A stretch of 64,000 bases of DNA. It comes from an uncultured Thermoanaerobaculia bacterium. Lineage in GTDB: Bacteria; Acidobacteriota; Thermoanaerobaculia; Multivoradales; J023. A model generated the notes under the pieces. That model was not told the DNA's origin. It was given only the letters and a program-made list of their open reading frames with translations, and made no database searches. This document shows positions 16,286-30,600 of the stretch, piece after piece. The first letter of the stretch is position 1, and each line of letters starts with the position of its first letter. The stretch spans positions 1,424 to 65,423 of the forward strand of contig CAZMEL010000001.1 in NCBI GenBank assembly GCA_964565225.1, written 5' to 3'. The position numbers and the translations under genes are program-made.

Positions 16286-19200
16286 ATGAGTCCCCAAGCG
16301 TCTCCAGCTACGAATGAAGAGCCCTGGGCTGATCTGGACGAGCTCCAGAATTGGCTGATCGGTAATCTCGCGTCCCGCTTGGGCGTCGACCGCTCGAGAT
16401 TGGATCCGAGTGAGCGTTTCCATCGCTTCGGTTTGGATTCCGCTCGGGCAGGCGGTTTGGTTGCGGATCTGTCCGCCTACTTGGGACGCGCTCTGCCGCC
16501 GACCCTGGTGTGGGACTACCCGACGGTGGAGAAGCTCTGCGCCTTCCTGGTGCTCGGCGGGACAGAGCCCGAAGCGGGGCCGTCAGCGCCGCGGAGCCCC
16601 GTCGGCGCCACCATGGACATCGCGGTGGTGGGGTTGGCGTGTCGTTTTCCCTCGGCCGAGGACCCCGAGTCCTACTGGCGCCTGCTCGAGAACGGCGTGG
16701 ACGCCATCCGCGAGGTGCCGGGTGATCGCTGGGATCTGGAATCTCTCTACGATCCGGACTCCAAAGCCGCCGGCAAGATGTCCACTCGGTGGGGCGGATT
16801 CCTGGAGCGGGTGGACGCCTTCGATCCTCAATTCTTCGGCATCTCCCCCCGCGAGGCGCTCCAGATGGATCCCCAACAACGCCTCTTCCTGGAGCTGGCC
16901 TGGGAGGCCCTGGAGAACGCGGGCATCGCGGCCGATGGTCTGCGGGGAAGCCGCACCGGGGTTTTTGCAGGGGTGATGTGGAACGACTACGCCAAATTGC
17001 TCGGCGCCGGGCTGGACACTTTGAGCGAGCATTCCGCCACCGGCCAGGACACCAGCATCGTGCCGGCCCGGGTGTCCTACGTGCTCGGATTGGAAGGGCC
17101 GAGCCTGGCCATCAACACCGCCTGCTCGTCGTCCCTGGTGGCCGTCCACACCGCTTGCCAGAGCCTGCTGCGGGGCGATGCGGACATGGCCCTGGCCGGC
17201 GGCGTCCACCTGGTGGTGTCCCCCCATTCCACGGTGTCGATGACCAAATTCGGCGCCATGGCTCCGGACGGTCGCTCCAAGGCCTTCGACCACCGAGCCA
17301 ACGGCTACGTGCGCGGCGAGGGCGGTGGACTGGTGGTGCTCAAGCCTCTGCGCGACGCGGTGCGGGACGGGGAGCGAATCTGGGCCGTGGTGCGTGGCGG
17401 CGCGATCAACAACGACGGTTTCAGCAATGGCCTGACCGCGCCCAACCCCAAGGCCCAGGAAGCCATGCTGCGGGACGCCTACGACGGCTCCGGCATCGGG
17501 CGGAGCTCCGTTCATTATGTCGAGACCCACGGCACCGGCACTCTGCTCGGGGATCCCATCGAGGCCGGCGCCCTGGGCTCGGTGCTGGGCAGGGATCGCG
17601 ATTCTGAAGACTTCTTGCGCATCGGCTCGGTGAAGACCAATTTCGGTCACACCGAGGCCGCGGCCGGCGCCGCCGGCCTGATCAAGGTTCTGCTCTCCAT
17701 GGGGCGGCGGCAGCTTCCTCCGAGCCTGCACTTCGAGCGTCCGAATCCACATATTCCCTTCGACGCCATCGGCCTCAAGGTACAGACGGAGCTCGAGCCA
17801 TGGCCGCGACGGGCGGAGAAGGCCCTCGCCGGGGTCAGCTCCTTCGGTTTCGGCGGCACCAACTGCCATCTGGTGCTCGAAGCACCCGCGAGAGCTCGAC
17901 CTCTGCTGTTACCCCTCGCCGCGGCAGATCGTGCCAGCTTGGCGGCAGAGGCCCGGCGGGTGCGCGCCTTGCTCGATGGTTCGGACGAGCCCTTGGATGG
18001 ATTGATTCGATCGTTGCGCCTCCGCGCCCGTGGTCCGTATCGCACTGCGGTGGTGGTGCAAGACCGGCAGAGGGCCGTAGAGGATCTTGGCGGCCTCGTG
18101 GAATTCTTGACCTCGGAACCGGGTAGCGAGCGCCTGGGCCTGCCGGGGGTCGTGGAGCCGGGATTTGTCGACGTCGAGGGCAAAGGGCCGGTCTTCGTGG
18201 CCTCGGGGCAGGGTAGTGAGCATGCCGGAATGTGCAAGGAGCTGCTCCTCACGGAGCCCGTCTTCCGCGCCATGATGCAGCGCTGTGACGAGATCTATCG
18301 CCCCTTGGGCGGCTGGTCCCTGATCGAGGAGCTGCTGGAAGAGGAACCGAGATTTGCCGACACCGGCCGCAACCAACCCATGCTCTTCGCCATGCAGGTG
18401 GCTCTGGCCGAGCTGTGGCGGTCCTGGGGCGTGGAGCCGGCCGTGGTGGTGGGGCATAGCGCCGGTGAGCTGGCGTCCGCTTTCTTGTCCGGCTCGTTGG
18501 ATCTGCACCAAGCCCTGGAGGTAGCCCATCACCGGGGCCGCCTGACTCAACAGACCGCCGGCCTGGGCAAGATGGCCGTGCTCGACATGTCCGCGGACGA
18601 AGCACGTGAGGCCCTCGTCGGCCGGGAGGAGCTGCTCTCAGTGGCCGTGGACAACAGCCCAGGCACCTGTGTGGTCGCCGGGGATCCCGAGGCGTTGGCG
18701 CAGTGGACGGCCGAGCTGGCACGGGACCGGGGCCTCGAAGCCAACTACGTGAAGGTGGACTACGCCTCCCACTGTCCACAGATGGATTCCGTGCTCGACG
18801 AGCTGGAAGCGTCCGTGGCCCATGTCGTGCCGAAACCCCCCGAGTTGAAGGTGATCTCGACGGTAACCGCGGAGCCGATCGAGGATGCCGGTTTCGACGC
18901 TCGATACTGGCGCCTGAACTTGCGCCGGCCCGTGCGCTACGCCGACACTCTGAAGGCCCTCGTGACGTCGGGGCACAGCTGCTTCGTGGAGCTATCGGGC
19001 CATCCGGTGCTGGCCAAGCCCACGGCGCAAGCGGTGGCGGCTCACGGCGATCTCGAGCGGGCCGTCGTCGTGCCGTCCATGCGCCGGGATTGTGACGAGC
19101 AGGCGCTCCTGATGGAATCTCTCGGTCGCCTGTGGGTGAGTGGTCGCACCCTGCGATGGGACGCAGTCCATGGACCGGGGGAGGTGGCTTCGCCGGCCGA

Positions 19201-22200
19201 GCTCGCCCACTGGCCCGAGGTCGACCATCCGGAGCCGGTCTCCGACCCGGCCCCGCAATCGGAATCGGTCCCGGGCTCCGTCTTGGTGCTGCCCATTTCT
19301 GCCCGCAACGCCGAGGCGCTGGGTCAACTGGCCCGCCGCTACGCCGACGCTCTCGAAGCTGCTCCCCCGGCGTCCGTGGTGGACTGGGCCCACACCGCCG
19401 GAGTGCGGCGCAGTCACATGGAGGAACGGGCGGCCATCGTCTTCCGCCACGTGGCCGAGCTGCGCAGCGGCTTGAAGGCGGTGGCCGACAGCGCCGACCT
19501 GCCCGCTGTCGTGGCACGGGGACGCAAGCGCAATCGCGTGAAGGACGTGCCGGTCTTCGTCTTCTCCGGCCAGGGCAGCCAATGGCCGCGCATGACCCTG
19601 GATTTGTTGGCCGGTGAAACGGCTTTTGCCCGCGAGCTGCGCCGGGTAGACGCCGCCTGGCAGCCCGTGGCCGGCTGGTCGCTGATCGAAGAGCTGGAGC
19701 GTCCCGAGGGCGAGTCTCGCCTGGGAAACACCGAGGTGGCCCAGGGCACGATCTTCGCGGTGCAACTGGCCCTCGCCGCTCTGTGGCGGTCATGGGGCGT
19801 GGAGCCCGCCGCGGTGGTGGGGCACAGCATCGGTGAGGCGGCCGCCGCTCGAGTGGCCGGCATCCTCAGCCTGGAAGACGCCGTCACCCTCGTGTATCAC
19901 CGTGGACGAGCGATGGCCGCAAGCACCGGACGCGGCGGACGCATGGCCCAGGTGGAGCTTCCCTTGGCGGACGTGGAGCTCTATCTGGAAGAGGAGCCCA
20001 CGGTATCGCTGGCGGCGGTCAATGGCCCGAGCTCGGTAGTGATCGCGGGCGACGGCGAAGTCTTGGACGGAGTGGTGGATCGCCTAGATGCGGACGGCGT
20101 GACGGTGCGTCCTCTGCGGGTGGATTACGCCTTCCACAGCCACCACATGGATGCGGCGTTGCCCGAGCTGGAGCTGGCTCTGGCCGGCCTGGAGCCTCTG
20201 CCGGGCGAGATTCCCATGGTGTCCACCGTGACTGCCGAGCCCGTGGACGGCACCGCTCTGGACGCGGCCTATTGGTGTCGCAACGTGCGTTCCACGGTGC
20301 GCTTCTCCGAAGCGGTGGCCCGGTTGGCCGCGGACGGTGCCGATATCTTCGTGGAGGTGTCGCCCCATCCGGTGCTCGCCGCGAGCCTGGAGCAGATCCT
20401 CGAAGCTGCGGCCGCAACCGATGCCGGCCAGGAGGATCGGGTCTCGGCAGATCGGGCACTGGTGGTCTCGGGTCCTCGGCGCCCATGCGACCGTGCCAGC
20501 ACGGGCTCCCCGATGGACGGTCCGAGCCAGATGGCCGTGTCCCTGGCCCGGCTCTATGTCGCGGGCCTGGAGCCCCACTGGCCCGAGGTCAACCCCGCCG
20601 GTCGTGGCCATGTCGACCTGCCCACGTATCCGTGGCAGCGTCGGCGCTATTGGCTACCCGACGAGCTGCCGGCCGGTCGCTCCCGGCGCCTCGACCATCC
20701 CTGGCTCGGCGAGCATCTCACCGTGGCCACGGTGGAGCCGCGGCAGATCTGGCAGCGCCCGTTGGATCTGCCCTATCTGGCCGATCACCAGCTACGGCAA
20801 TCCGCCGTCTTTCCGGCCGCAGGCTATTTGTCGGCGGCCTGGAGCGCGGCCGAGGCGTCCGGCTGGACGGCGCTGGAGATCCACGACGTGTCCTTCACCC
20901 GCGCCCTCTCGTTGCCGGATGTGTCGCCGGGGTCCGAGGGCCTGCGCGCGGTGGTTCCTTCGCTGCAAACCATCTTGGAGGTGGAAGGTGCGTCCGCCGC
21001 CCGCTTTCGATGCGCTGCCGTAGAAGAAGCACCGGGGGACGAAAGTCCGGAGCCCGCCTTGCACGCGAGGGGACGCCTGCGGCGGAATCCGGCTCCTTCG
21101 CAGGTGGGTTCGGATCCCCGGCGGATGGTGGAGCTCGGCAGTCCGTCGAGCGGTGCAGAGCACTATGCGCGCATGGCTTCCCGCGGCCTGATCTACGGTC
21201 CGAGCTTTCGAGCGGTGGACGAGCTGTGGCTTGCGGATGGTAGAGCGGTGGGGCGCTTGACACCGACCCTCGAAGACACCGCCTACGCCTGCCATCCCAC
21301 TCTGCTCGACGGTCTCTTGCAGTTGTTGGAAGCGGCCCTTTCCGACGAGATCTCGCCCCCCGGCACCCTCTACCTGCCCGCCGCGGTGGAGCGTCTGCGG
21401 GCCTGGGAACAGGTACGCGGCGAGGTCTTCTGGGGTACCGCCGTGTTGCGGCCCGGCGCTGAACCGGGAGCCCGGCGGGTGGTAGGAGATCTGCAGCTCT
21501 TCGACGCCGACTACCGTCTGTTGTTGGAGATGCAGGGCGCGGCTTTCGAGCGGGTGGGTGAGGGTGTGGAGCCCGCTGCCGAAGGAAGTGGAGCCGATCT
21601 GGGCGTGCCCCTGTGGCAGACCCGCTGGGCTGTGGACGAGGCTGCGGTCTACGGCCCGTTGCCCGAGACCGAGGCCTTGCCGCCAGCCGCTCCCGACTCC
21701 TGGGTGGTGCTCACCGACAGCAAAGGGGTGGGTGAGAAGTTGATCGCGAGCCTACGGGCCGCCGGCCGGCGAGTCCTGGAGGTGGCGGCCGGCGATGCCT
21801 TCCTGCGCAGTCGTGAGCATCTGATGGTGGCTCCGCGGCGTCGGGAGCATCTCTTCTGGATGCTCGAAGAGGCGAGCCGCGGCGTGGACGGCCCCCTGGG
21901 CGTCGTCCACCTCTGGTCCCTGGACGCGGATCCTGGACCGGACGCTATGAGCGAGGATCTGAGCGCGGCCTACGACCTGGGCGTGATCTCGGCCCTGCAT
22001 TTGACTCGGGCCCTGGCCTCGGGGCGGGCGCCCGAGGTTCCCGGTGGACCGTTCTGGGTCACGGCCGGCGCCACGAGCCTCGGCAAGGGTCGACGGGATC
22101 CGGGCGGGGCCGGAGCCCTTTGGGGGCTGGCCCAGACCTGGGTGTTGGAGGAGCCGCGCCCCGGTTGTCGCTTGGTGGACTTGGACCTTGCGAATGCAGC

Positions 22201-24661
22201 GGGAACGGCCGATGCACGAGCAGCGGCCGACGCCCTGCTGCGGGAGATCGTGGGAGCCTTCACGGACTCGGCTACGGCTGCGCCGGCCTTGAGCCGAGCC
22301 GCGTGGAGCGAAGGTCGCCGCTTCACGCCCGAGCTGGCACCGGCCGTGCTGCGAGCCGGTGAGCCGGTGCTCGAAGCCCCCGGGGATCGGGCCTTCCGAC
22401 TGGGGCTGCGGCGGCCGGGCTCCCTGGACCACCTGCGATTCGAAGAAGTGGCGGAGCCGACGCCGGGTCCTGGCCAAGTGGTCATCGACGTGAAGGCCGC
22501 CGGCCTCAACTTCCGAGATGTGCTCAAGGCGCTGGACATGTACCCCGGCCTCGACGGTCCGCCCATGTTGGGTGACGAATGTGCCGGTGTCATCTCCGCT
22601 GTGGGAGAGGGGGTCACGGATCTGGCCCGGGGCGATTCGGTCATGGCCTTGGCGGATCATGCCCTGGCTGGTCGAGTCGTGGCCGAAGCGGACCTGGTCT
22701 TGCCCAAACCCGAATCCCTGAGCTTCGAGCAGGCCGCGGGGCAATTGCTCACCTACCTCACCGCCCACTACGCCTTCGACCATGTGGCCCGCTTGCAGCG
22801 CGGGGAGAAAGTCTTGATTCACGCCGCGGCCGGTGGTGTGGGCCTGGCGGCGGTGAACCTGGCACGTCGGTTGGACGCCGAGATCTTCGGGACCGCCGGC
22901 TCCGAGCACAAGCGCGACTACCTGCGCAGCGTGGGTGTGGCCCACGCCCTGGACTCCCGCTCCCTCAGCTTCGTGGACGGGATCCGCGAAGCTACCGGCG
23001 GCGAGGGCGTGGACGTGGTTCTCAACTCCCTGGCCGGGGAAGCCGTGCCCGCAAGCCTTTCGGTGTTGGGCAAATATGGTCGCTTCCTGGAGATCGGTAA
23101 GCGAGACATCTACGCCGATCGTCCTCTGGGCCTGGAGCCTTTCCAGCGCAATCTGACCTACGCGGCCATCGACGTGGATCCGGTGTTCCGGGAGCGTCCG
23201 GCCCTGGCCCGTCGACTGCTGGCAGAGGTGGTGGCCATGCTCGCCGGAGGTGAGGTGGCACCCCTACCCGTGGAAGTTTTTCCGGCGGCACAGGTGGTGG
23301 ATGCCTTCCACCACATGGCGCAAGCCAAGCACGTGGGCAAGATCGTGATCGCCACCACCGACCGGCAAACGCCGATCATGGTGCCGCGTGCCCGTCGCTC
23401 CACGCGCTCGGGCACCTGGCTGATCACCGGCGGCTTCGGCGGCCTCGGCCTGGCCGTTGCTTCCCGCCTGGCCGACCGCGGGGCCCAACGTCTGGCCCTT
23501 GCCGGTCGTCGCGGTGCCCCGGACGAAGTCCGTCCCGATCTCGACGCCCTGCGCGCTCGCGGTGTCCGAGTGGAGGAGATCCGGATGGATGTGACCCGGG
23601 CCGACGAGGTGGACGAGGTAGTGCGTGCTCTGGCCGCTGGCGACGAGCCCTTGCGGGGCGTGATCCACGCTGCCGGCGTGCTCGACGACGGAGTGCTCTC
23701 CCAGCTGGATCGTTCGCGTTTCTTCGGGCCGGCGGCGGTGAAGATGGCTGGCGCCTGGAATCTGCACCGGGCCACTCGGGACCTGTCCCTGGATGCCTTC
23801 GTTCTGTTCTCGTCCGTCACCTCGGTTCTGGGCTCCCCGGGTCAGGCCAACTACGCCGCCGCGAATGCCGGGCTCGACAGCCTGGCCTCTTATCGCCGGG
23901 CCGCCGGCCTGCCTGCCGTGTCTGTGCAATGGGGACCGTGGAACGAGGTTGGCATGGCCCAGCGCTCGGTGCTGCGTGGTGAGCGCCTGGCCCAGAACGG
24001 CCTCGCCGGTATGGATCCCGCCGACGCATTGGACGCCCTGGAGAGGGTTCTCGACGGCGACGCAGAGCGGATCATGGCCGCCCACTTCGACGCCTCCGCC
24101 TGGCTGCGTGCACATCCGTCCGCTGCAGGTCCGTTCCTGCGGTCCATGGCGAACGGTACCGACGTCTCGGCAGTAGAGGCGGCAGGGCCGGTGGAGCGCT
24201 TGCGTGATGCTGCGCCAGAGGAGCGTCCGGCCATCCTCCTCGATCATCTGCGATCCAGAGTGGTGGAGGTGCTGCGCCTGGGAGACCTGTCGGTCGATGC
24301 GTCCACCCCTTTGCGCGCTCTGGGTCTCGACTCCTTGATGGGGGTGGAGCTGCGCAATCGGCTGGAAGCGGACCTCCAGGTTCGCCTCTCTGCCGGCCTG
24401 GTGTGGAACTACCCTACCTTGGAGCTGATGGTGCCCCACCTGCTGTCGCGCCTGGAGGCGGCGGGTGAGCTCACCGCCGAGAAGGGCACCGCAGAATCCA
24501 CCGGGGCGACGAGCGAGCGAACCGAGCTGCCTCGGGTCTCGAAGCCGGCGGCGGAGTCGTTTCCCGACCCGGGCCATGCCATTGCCGAAGCCGTAGAAGC
24601 CATGTCCGAGGAAGACGCCGAGGCCCGCCTGTTGGCGGAGCTCGAAGCCCTCGAGCTGTGA
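16286..24661 (+). CDS. Type I PKS with loading and first extension module: ACP(L)-KS-AT(L)-AT-DH-ER-KR-ACP, 2791 aa.
   Basis: N-terminal carrier [11 protein letters not shown] (Ser52). KS with [22 protein letters not shown]. Two consecutive linker+AT units, GHSAGE near 18452 with YASH, and GHSIGE near 19820 with YAFH. DH HPWLGEHxxxxP near 20700. [16 protein letters not shown] near 22820. [14 protein letters not shown] near 23420. [14 protein letters not shown] near 24330. C-terminal docking helix. Confidence 0.95.
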   Translation: MSPQASPATNEEPWADLDELQNWLIGNLASRLGVDRSRLDPSERFHRFGLDSARAGGLVADLSAYLGRALPPTLVWDYPTVEKLCAFLVLGGTEPEAGPSAPRSPVGATMDIAVVGLACRFPSAEDPESYWRLLENGVDAIREVPGDRWDLESLYDPDSKAAGKMSTRWGGFLERVDAFDPQFFGISPREALQMDPQQRLFLELAWEALENAGIAADGLRGSRTGVFAGVMWNDYAKLLGAGLDTLSEHSATGQDTSIVPARVSYVLGLEGPSLAINTACSSSLVAVHTACQSLLRGDADMALAGGVHLVVSPHSTVSMTKFGAMAPDGRSKAFDHRANGYVRGEGGGLVVLKPLRDAVRDGERIWAVVRGGAINNDGFSNGLTAPNPKAQEAMLRDAYDGSGIGRSSVHYVETHGTGTLLGDPIEAGALGSVLGRDRDSEDFLRIGSVKTNFGHTEAAAGAAGLIKVLLSMGRRQLPPSLHFERPNPHIPFDAIGLKVQTELEPWPRRAEKALAGVSSFGFGGTNCHLVLEAPARARPLLLPLAAADRASLAAEARRVRALLDGSDEPLDGLIRSLRLRARGPYRTAVVVQDRQRAVEDLGGLVEFLTSEPGSERLGLPGVVEPGFVDVEGKGPVFVASGQGSEHAGMCKELLLTEPVFRAMMQRCDEIYRPLGGWSLIEELLEEEPRFADTGRNQPMLFAMQVALAELWRSWGVEPAVVVGHSAGELASAFLSGSLDLHQALEVAHHRGRLTQQTAGLGKMAVLDMSADEAREALVGREELLSVAVDNSPGTCVVAGDPEALAQWTAELARDRGLEANYVKVDYASHCPQMDSVLDELEASVAHVVPKPPELKVISTVTAEPIEDAGFDARYWRLNLRRPVRYADTLKALVTSGHSCFVELSGHPVLAKPTAQAVAAHGDLERAVVVPSMRRDCDEQALLMESLGRLWVSGRTLRWDAVHGPGEVASPAELAHWPEVDHPEPVSDPAPQSESVPGSVLVLPISARNAEALGQLARRYADALEAAPPASVVDWAHTAGVRRSHMEERAAIVFRHVAELRSGLKAVADSADLPAVVARGRKRNRVKDVPVFVFSGQGSQWPRMTLDLLAGETAFARELRRVDAAWQPVAGWSLIEELERPEGESRLGNTEVAQGTIFAVQLALAALWRSWGVEPAAVVGHSIGEAAAARVAGILSLEDAVTLVYHRGRAMAASTGRGGRMAQVELPLADVELYLEEEPTVSLAAVNGPSSVVIAGDGEVLDGVVDRLDADGVTVRPLRVDYAFHSHHMDAALPELELALAGLEPLPGEIPMVSTVTAEPVDGTALDAAYWCRNVRSTVRFSEAVARLAADGADIFVEVSPHPVLAASLEQILEAAAATDAGQEDRVSADRALVVSGPRRPCDRASTGSPMDGPSQMAVSLARLYVAGLEPHWPEVNPAGRGHVDLPTYPWQRRRYWLPDELPAGRSRRLDHPWLGEHLTVATVEPRQIWQRPLDLPYLADHQLRQSAVFPAAGYLSAAWSAAEASGWTALEIHDVSFTRALSLPDVSPGSEGLRAVVPSLQTILEVEGASAARFRCAAVEEAPGDESPEPALHARGRLRRNPAPSQVGSDPRRMVELGSPSSGAEHYARMASRGLIYGPSFRAVDELWLADGRAVGRLTPTLEDTAYACHPTLLDGLLQLLEAALSDEISPPGTLYLPAAVERLRAWEQVRGEVFWGTAVLRPGAEPGARRVVGDLQLFDADYRLLLEMQGAAFERVGEGVEPAAEGSGADLGVPLWQTRWAVDEAAVYGPLPETEALPPAAPDSWVVLTDSKGVGEKLIASLRAAGRRVLEVAAGDAFLRSREHLMVAPRRREHLFWMLEEASRGVDGPLGVVHLWSLDADPGPDAMSEDLSAAYDLGVISALHLTRALASGRAPEVPGGPFWVTAGATSLGKGRRDPGGAGALWGLAQTWVLEEPRPGCRLVDLDLANAAGTADARAAADALLREIVGAFTDSATAAPALSRAAWSEGRRFTPELAPAVLRAGEPVLEAPGDRAFRLGLRRPGSLDHLRFEEVAEPTPGPGQVVIDVKAAGLNFRDVLKALDMYPGLDGPPMLGDECAGVISAVGEGVTDLARGDSVMALADHALAGRVVAEADLVLPKPESLSFEQAAGQLLTYLTAHYAFDHVARLQRGEKVLIHAAAGGVGLAAVNLARRLDAEIFGTAGSEHKRDYLRSVGVAHALDSRSLSFVDGIREATGGEGVDVVLNSLAGEAVPASLSVLGKYGRFLEIGKRDIYADRPLGLEPFQRNLTYAAIDVDPVFRERPALARRLLAEVVAMLAGGEVAPLPVEVFPAAQVVDAFHHMAQAKHVGKIVIATTDRQTPIMVPRARRSTRSGTWLITGGFGGLGLAVASRLADRGAQRLALAGRRGAPDEVRPDLDALRARGVRVEEIRMDVTRADEVDEVVRALAAGDEPLRGVIHAAGVLDDGVLSQLDRSRFFGPAAVKMAGAWNLHRATRDLSLDAFVLFSSVTSVLGSPGQANYAAANAGLDSLASYRRAAGLPAVSVQWGPWNEVGMAQRSVLRGERLAQNGLAGMDPADALDALERVLDGDAERIMAAHFDASAWLRAHPSAAGPFLRSMANGTDVSAVEAAGPVERLRDAAPEERPAILLDHLRSRVVEVLRLGDLSVDASTPLRALGLDSLMGVELRNRLEADLQVRLSAGLVWNYPTLELMVPHLLSRLEAAGELTAEKGTAESTGATSERTELPRVSKPAAESFPDPGHAIAEAVEAMSEEDAEARLLAELEALEL

Positions 24662-24686
24662 GATCTGGGTGGGGAAGGAGAGAGCC

Positions 24687-27600
24687 ATGAGCACAGATCG
24701 AGGAAACGGCAAGGATTCGGCGGCCAAACGGGCGCTGATCGCGGTACAGACCCTGCGCACCAAATTGGATGCCGTGCAGCGGGCCCAGAAAGAGCCCATC
24801 GCGGTGGTGGGCATGGGTTGTCGTTTTCCGGGCGGTGCCGAGAGCTTGGATGCCTACTGGCAATTGCTTCGGGACGGTGTGGACGGCATCGTGGAGATTC
24901 CGCCCGACCGTTGGGACGTCGACGACTACTACCACACCGACGAGGCCAAGGCGGGCAAGATGAATACCCGCTGGGGCGGATTCCTGCGCTCGTCGATCCG
25001 GGAGTTCGACGCCGACTTCTTCGGCATCTCGCGCCTGGAAGCGGAGCATATGGATCCCCAACAACGGCTGCTCCTGGAGGTGGCCTGGGAGACCTTGGAG
25101 CATGCGGGTGAAGCGCCGGAAGGCGTGGCCGGCAGCCGTACCGGGGTCTTTGTGGGTGTGACCAGCCACAGCGACGAGTACTGGCAACGCTTCATCGATC
25201 CGGCACGGATCGGTGCCTTTTCGGGCACCGGCACCTCCCACAGCGTGATCTCGGGTCGCCTCTCCTACTTCTTCGACTTCCACGGCCCGAGTGTGGCCGT
25301 CGATACCGCCTGCTCCTCCTCGTTGGTGGCCGTGCACCAGGCGTGTATGAGCCTGCGGGCCGGGGAATGTGACGCCGCCCTGGCGGGGGGCGTCAACCTG
25401 ATCCTGGAGCCCCACTTCACCATCGCCATGTCGCGCATCGGTCTGATGGCGTCCGACGGTCGGTGCAAGACCTTCGACCACCGGGCCGACGGCTACGTGC
25501 GCGGCGAAGGTTGCGGTCTGGTGATGTTGCGTCGCCTGTCGGACGCCCTGGAGCGCGGGGATCGCATCCTGGCCACGATCCGCGGCTCCGCCGTGGTGCA
25601 GGACGGCAAGACCAACGGCCTGTCGGCTCCCAACGGCCTGTCCCAACAAAAGGTCTTGCGCGCCGCCCTGGAGCAAGCGGAGCTGTCCGCCGAGGATGTG
25701 GGCTACATCGAGGCCCACGGTACGGGCACGGCCCTGGGGGATCCCATCGAGATCGAGGCCCTCGACGCGGTCTACGGCGAAGGCTGTGGATCCGGTCGGC
25801 GATGTACCGTGGGCGCGGTCAAATCGAATGTAGGGCACCTGGAGGGAGCGGCCGGAATCGCCGGTTTGATCAAAGCGGTGCTCGTCCTGGACCGCGCCGT
25901 GATTCCCAAGAACCTGCACTTCGAAGAGCTCAATCCCCACATCGAGCTGGACCACAGCCCCCTCGATCTGGCCACGTCCACCGAGCCCTGGCCTCGCACC
26001 CGAGCCCCCCGTCACGTCGGCGTCAGCTCCTTCGGATGGTCGGGCACCAACGCCCACGTGGTGTTGGGAGAGGCCCCGGAGACGGCGCCGCGACCGGATG
26101 CCCGAGATCGTCCCGCGCTCCTCTGCCTGTCCGCGGCGAGCCCGGCGGCCCTCACCATCGCCGCCGAGCGCCTGGGCGACTTCTTGGCCGGGGAATCGGG
26201 CGAGGAATCGGCTGCTTCTGCACCCGAGCTTCGGGACGTGGCCCACACCCTCACCCGAGGCCGTGCCGTCTTTCCCCATCGCCTGGCTCTGGCCGCCGAA
26301 ACCCCGGCCGAGGCCGCGGCGGAGCTGCGTGCCTTCGTGGAGCACGGGCGACCCGGGCGCAGCTCGGCCGTCGGCCCTCGGGAGAGCGGAGCCACGGGGG
26401 AAGAGCCCGTGGTCTTCGTCTTCTCGGGTCAGGGCAGCCAGTGGGCCGGCATGGCCGCGGACCTCTACGAGCAGCAGCCGATCTTCCGCGAGGCCCTGGA
26501 TCGGGTGGACGCGGCCTTGGTGGCCGAGGGCGTGACCTCTCCCAAGGCCGCCATCGCAGAGGACGAGGCATCCGGCCGCATGCAGCGCACGGACGTGGCT
26601 CAACCGACGATTTTCGCGGTGCAGGTGGCCTTGGCCGAGCTCTACGCCTCCCTGGGGGTGAAGCCGGCTGCGGTGGTGGGCCACAGTGTGGGCGAGATCG
26701 CGGCCGCGCTGGTGGCCGGCGCCTTGGATCTGAAAGGCGCGGCGCGGGTGGTTCGCCATCGCTCGCGCCTGATGCAGAGCCGCACGGGTCTGGGACGCAT
26801 GGCCTTGGTGGCCGTCGGTGCCGACCGGGTGGCCGAGGTCTTGGCCGAGCTCGATACCTTTGCCGGCCGGGTGGTGGCCGCGGCCTTCAACGCGCCCGAC
26901 GCCACGGTGCTGGCCGGCGACGAAGAGGCCCTGGAGGCGGCCTTGGCCCGCTTTGCCGAGCTCGGCGTGGAGGCCAAGAGCCTTCGCGTGGACTACGCCT
27001 TCCACAGCCCGCAGATGGATCCTGTGCTCGACGAGCTGGAAACGTCCCTGGCCGGTCTGCAGAGCCGTGAGCCGGTGGTGCCCATGGTGTCCACGGTGAC
27101 CGCCGCGCCGGTGGCCGAGGGAGAGCTAGGAGCCGGCTACTGGCGCCGCAATGTGCGGCTGCCCGTTCGTTTCGCCGACGCCCTGGAACGCCTGCTGGCC
27201 GACGGCCGTCGCACCTTCTTGGAGGTGGGACCCCATCCGGTGCTGTCCATGGGTATGGGGGACCAGCTGCGCGAGCGGGGAGAGAAGGGTGTCGTCGCCG
27301 GGTCCCTACGCCGGGGTGAGCCCGGGCTGCGCAGTCTGTGGATCGGCTTGGCGGCCCTGTGGACCGCCGGTGTGCCCGTGGACCGGCACGCGGTGAACGG
27401 CACGGGCGGACGCACCGTGGATCTGCCCACCTACCCTTGGCAGCGCTCCACCCATTGGCTGGAGCGCCCGGCTCTCGGTTTCGGTGCATCCGCGTCGAGC
27501 ACGGCCGGCTTGTTGGCGCCTCCTGCCGACCATCCGCTCCTGGGCGTGCATGTGGAGGTGGCGGCGGATCGTCCTACCCACATTTTCGAGGCGCAGCTGC

Positions 27601-30600
27601 GACTGGACGACCTCCCTTGGCTGCGGGATCACCGGGTGCGCGGCACGGTGGTGATGCCCGGGGCGGCCCTGGCCGAGATGTTGGCCGCTTCCGCCCGTCG
27701 GGCTTTCGGTGAGTCGTGCCGACTGCGCGACATGCGCTTCGAGCACCCCTTGATTCTGGCCGAAGCCGGCCGTGCCGTGCAGGTGGCGTGGGTATCCGAG
27801 GTGAGCGGCCATGCCACGGGACGGATCATCAGCCGTCCGAGTGGTTCCGCCGCTGGTGCCAACGCGGTCGTCCACGCCCGCGCCGGGGTTTCCTTTGCCG
27901 GTGAGGTGCCGGCGCCCGAGCCCTCGGAGCGTCTCCGGACCGAGGGGATGGTAGAGCTGGAGGTGGATCGCCTCTACGGGGATCTCGAAGACCGGGGCTT
28001 GGCCTACGGGCCGGCCTTCCGGGGGGTCCGGAGCCTGTTTCGCGCCTCGGCGGAAGCCGACGAGGGACCGGTTCCGGTGTGTGCCGAGGTGAGCTTGCCG
28101 CCGTCCGTGACGGCCGATGCCGAAGGCCGCGGTGTCGAAGACGGTGGTGCCGAAGCGTATGGCGTTCACCCGGTGCTCCTGGATGCCGCCTTCCAGGCCG
28201 TCACCGCGGCCCTGCCCGAATCCGCGGGCACCCCCGTTCCCGTGGGCTGCCGCAGCTATCGAATCCACGCTCCGGCGGGGCCATCCACCGGTGTGATCGT
28301 CCGCCGCTCCGAGAAGGTGTCGTCCGTGGCGGCCGGTGAGGAGCCCCTGGACGTGATCTTGGTGGATGCCGAAGGCCGTCCGGTGGCCGAGCTTCTGGGT
28401 CTGGAGCTGGCTCGCCTGGCGGACGATGCGGTGGCGGATTCGAACTGGCATATGACGTTTGAGCCCGCACCCTTGCCCGAGCTCGAAGGCGAGGCCGAAA
28501 CGGCCCTGGAGGGAAGCTGGGTGATCGTGGCCGGTGCGGATACGAATACGGTGTCTGCCGGAGAGGCCGAAGCCCTGGCCCGGGATCTGCGCGCAGCGGG
28601 TGCCGAGGTGGATGTCCTGCCCGGGCTCGCCGATCGAGACACCCTGCACGGGGTTTCCGGGGTGGTGGACCTACGGGCTCTGGACTTGGTGTCGCTCGAT
28701 CCGGAAGCCTTCGATCCGGAAGCCCTGGACCGCGCTCTGGTGGACGCCCTGGAGCTGATCCGCCTGTGTACGGCCGAAGATGGCAACCGTCCGGCGCGTC
28801 GGTTGGGGGTGACTCTCGGGGCCGGGGCCAGGGGCGTCGTCCGACCCGCGTCGGCGCCGTTCTGGGGCTTGGACCGAGTGGCGCGCTCCGAGTATCCCGG
28901 GGTGGCCCTGCGCTCGGTGGATCTGGATCCCGAATCCACTCCGGAGCAGTGGCGGCAGCAGTTGGTGCGGGAATGCGCCGCAGTCGAGAGCGCCGACGAG
29001 GTGGTCTGGCGTGGCGGGGAGCGCTTCGTGCCGCGGTTGGCGCACGGTGTCGGCGCCGCCGAGCTCGGCGGCTCCATCCAGGCGCCTTCGCCGGCCGATC
29101 CGGCGGCAGATGAGCCTTTGCACGCCGACCGGGACACCTTCCGTCTGGAGGTGCACCGGCCCGGTACCGTGGACGGCGCGGTCTTCCGAGGCGTGCCGAC
29201 GGAGGAGCCCGGACCGGGGCAGGCGGCGGTGCAGATCGCCGCCTCGGCCCTCAACTTCAGCGACGTGCTCAAGGTGATGGGTACTTATCCGGGCCTGCCC
29301 GAGGGTCCCGTGCCCCTGGGTCTGGAAGCCGTGGGCCGGGTGACGGCGGTGGGGGAGGGCGTCGAGCATCTGACCCCGGGTCGGGATTGCCTGCTCCTGG
29401 CCCCCGGCGCCTTGGCGTCTCGGATCGTGGTGGACGCCCGCCTGGCCGTGCCCATGCCCACCGGCTTCTCGGTGGAAGAGGCCGCCGGCTTGCCCGTGGC
29501 CTATGCCACCGCCTGGTACGGCCTCTGTGATCTGGCCCGCCTGCAAGCCGGGGAGCGGGTGTTGATCCACTCCGCGTCGGGCGGCGTGGGCCTGGCGGCG
29601 GTCCGCCTGGCCCAGTCCCTGGGTGCCGAGGTGATCGCGACGGCCGGCACGGAGGAGAAACGGGAGCTCTTGCGCTCCCGAGGTGTGGAGCACGTCTTCG
29701 ATTCCCGCTCCCTGGACTTCGTGGACGGCGTTCGTGCCCTCGACGGCGTTCCCGGGGTGGACGTGGTGCTGAATTCCCTGGTGGGAGAAGCCCTTACGGC
29801 GAGCCTGGAGCTGCTGCGGTCCTCGGGGCGCTTCGTGGAGATCGGCAAGCGAGACATTTATGACGCTGGCCGTCTGAATCTTGGTTTATTCCAAATGAAC
29901 CTTTCGTTCTTCGCCGTGGATTTGGATGCATTCTTGCGTTCCCATCCCGAGCGCATCGGCCGGATCTGGGCCGGCCTCGAGCCCCTTTTCGGAACCGGCA
30001 CCGTTATGCCTCTGCCCACCATGGCCTATGACTTGGGAACGGTGGACGAAGCCCTGCGGGAAATGGCTCGCGGTCGGCATATCGGCAAATTCATCATTCG
30101 TGTGTCCGGCCAGGAGGCTCGTGGCTCGCGCCCGGCCGAGGTGCGATCCGAGAACGCCGGCCCGCGTGACGCCGAACGCCTGCGTGGCACCTGGCTGGTG
30201 ACCGGTGGCCTCGGAGCCCTGGGGTTGGAAGTGGCCGGACGCCTGGCCGAGCTCGGGGCCGAGCGCCTGGTGCTGGCCGGGCGACGGGGAAGGGACGCCG
30301 TCCGAGGTTCCGTTGCCGCGATCCTCGACGACCTGTGTGCCAGCGGTGTGGATGTGGATGTGACCGCCCTGGACGTGGCGGACGAGTCGGCGGTGAGCAC
30401 CCTGGTGGGCCGCCTGGTAAACGCGGACGTGCCCTTGCGCGGCATCGTCCACGCTGCCGGGGTGTTGGAGGACGGCCTGCTCACCGGTCTGGACGCCGAT
30501 GCCGTGCGCCGAGTCACGGCGCCGAAGATTCGAGGTACCTGGAATCTACACCGAGCCACGGTGGAGCACGGGGCGAGCTTGCACAACTTCGTCCTCTTCT

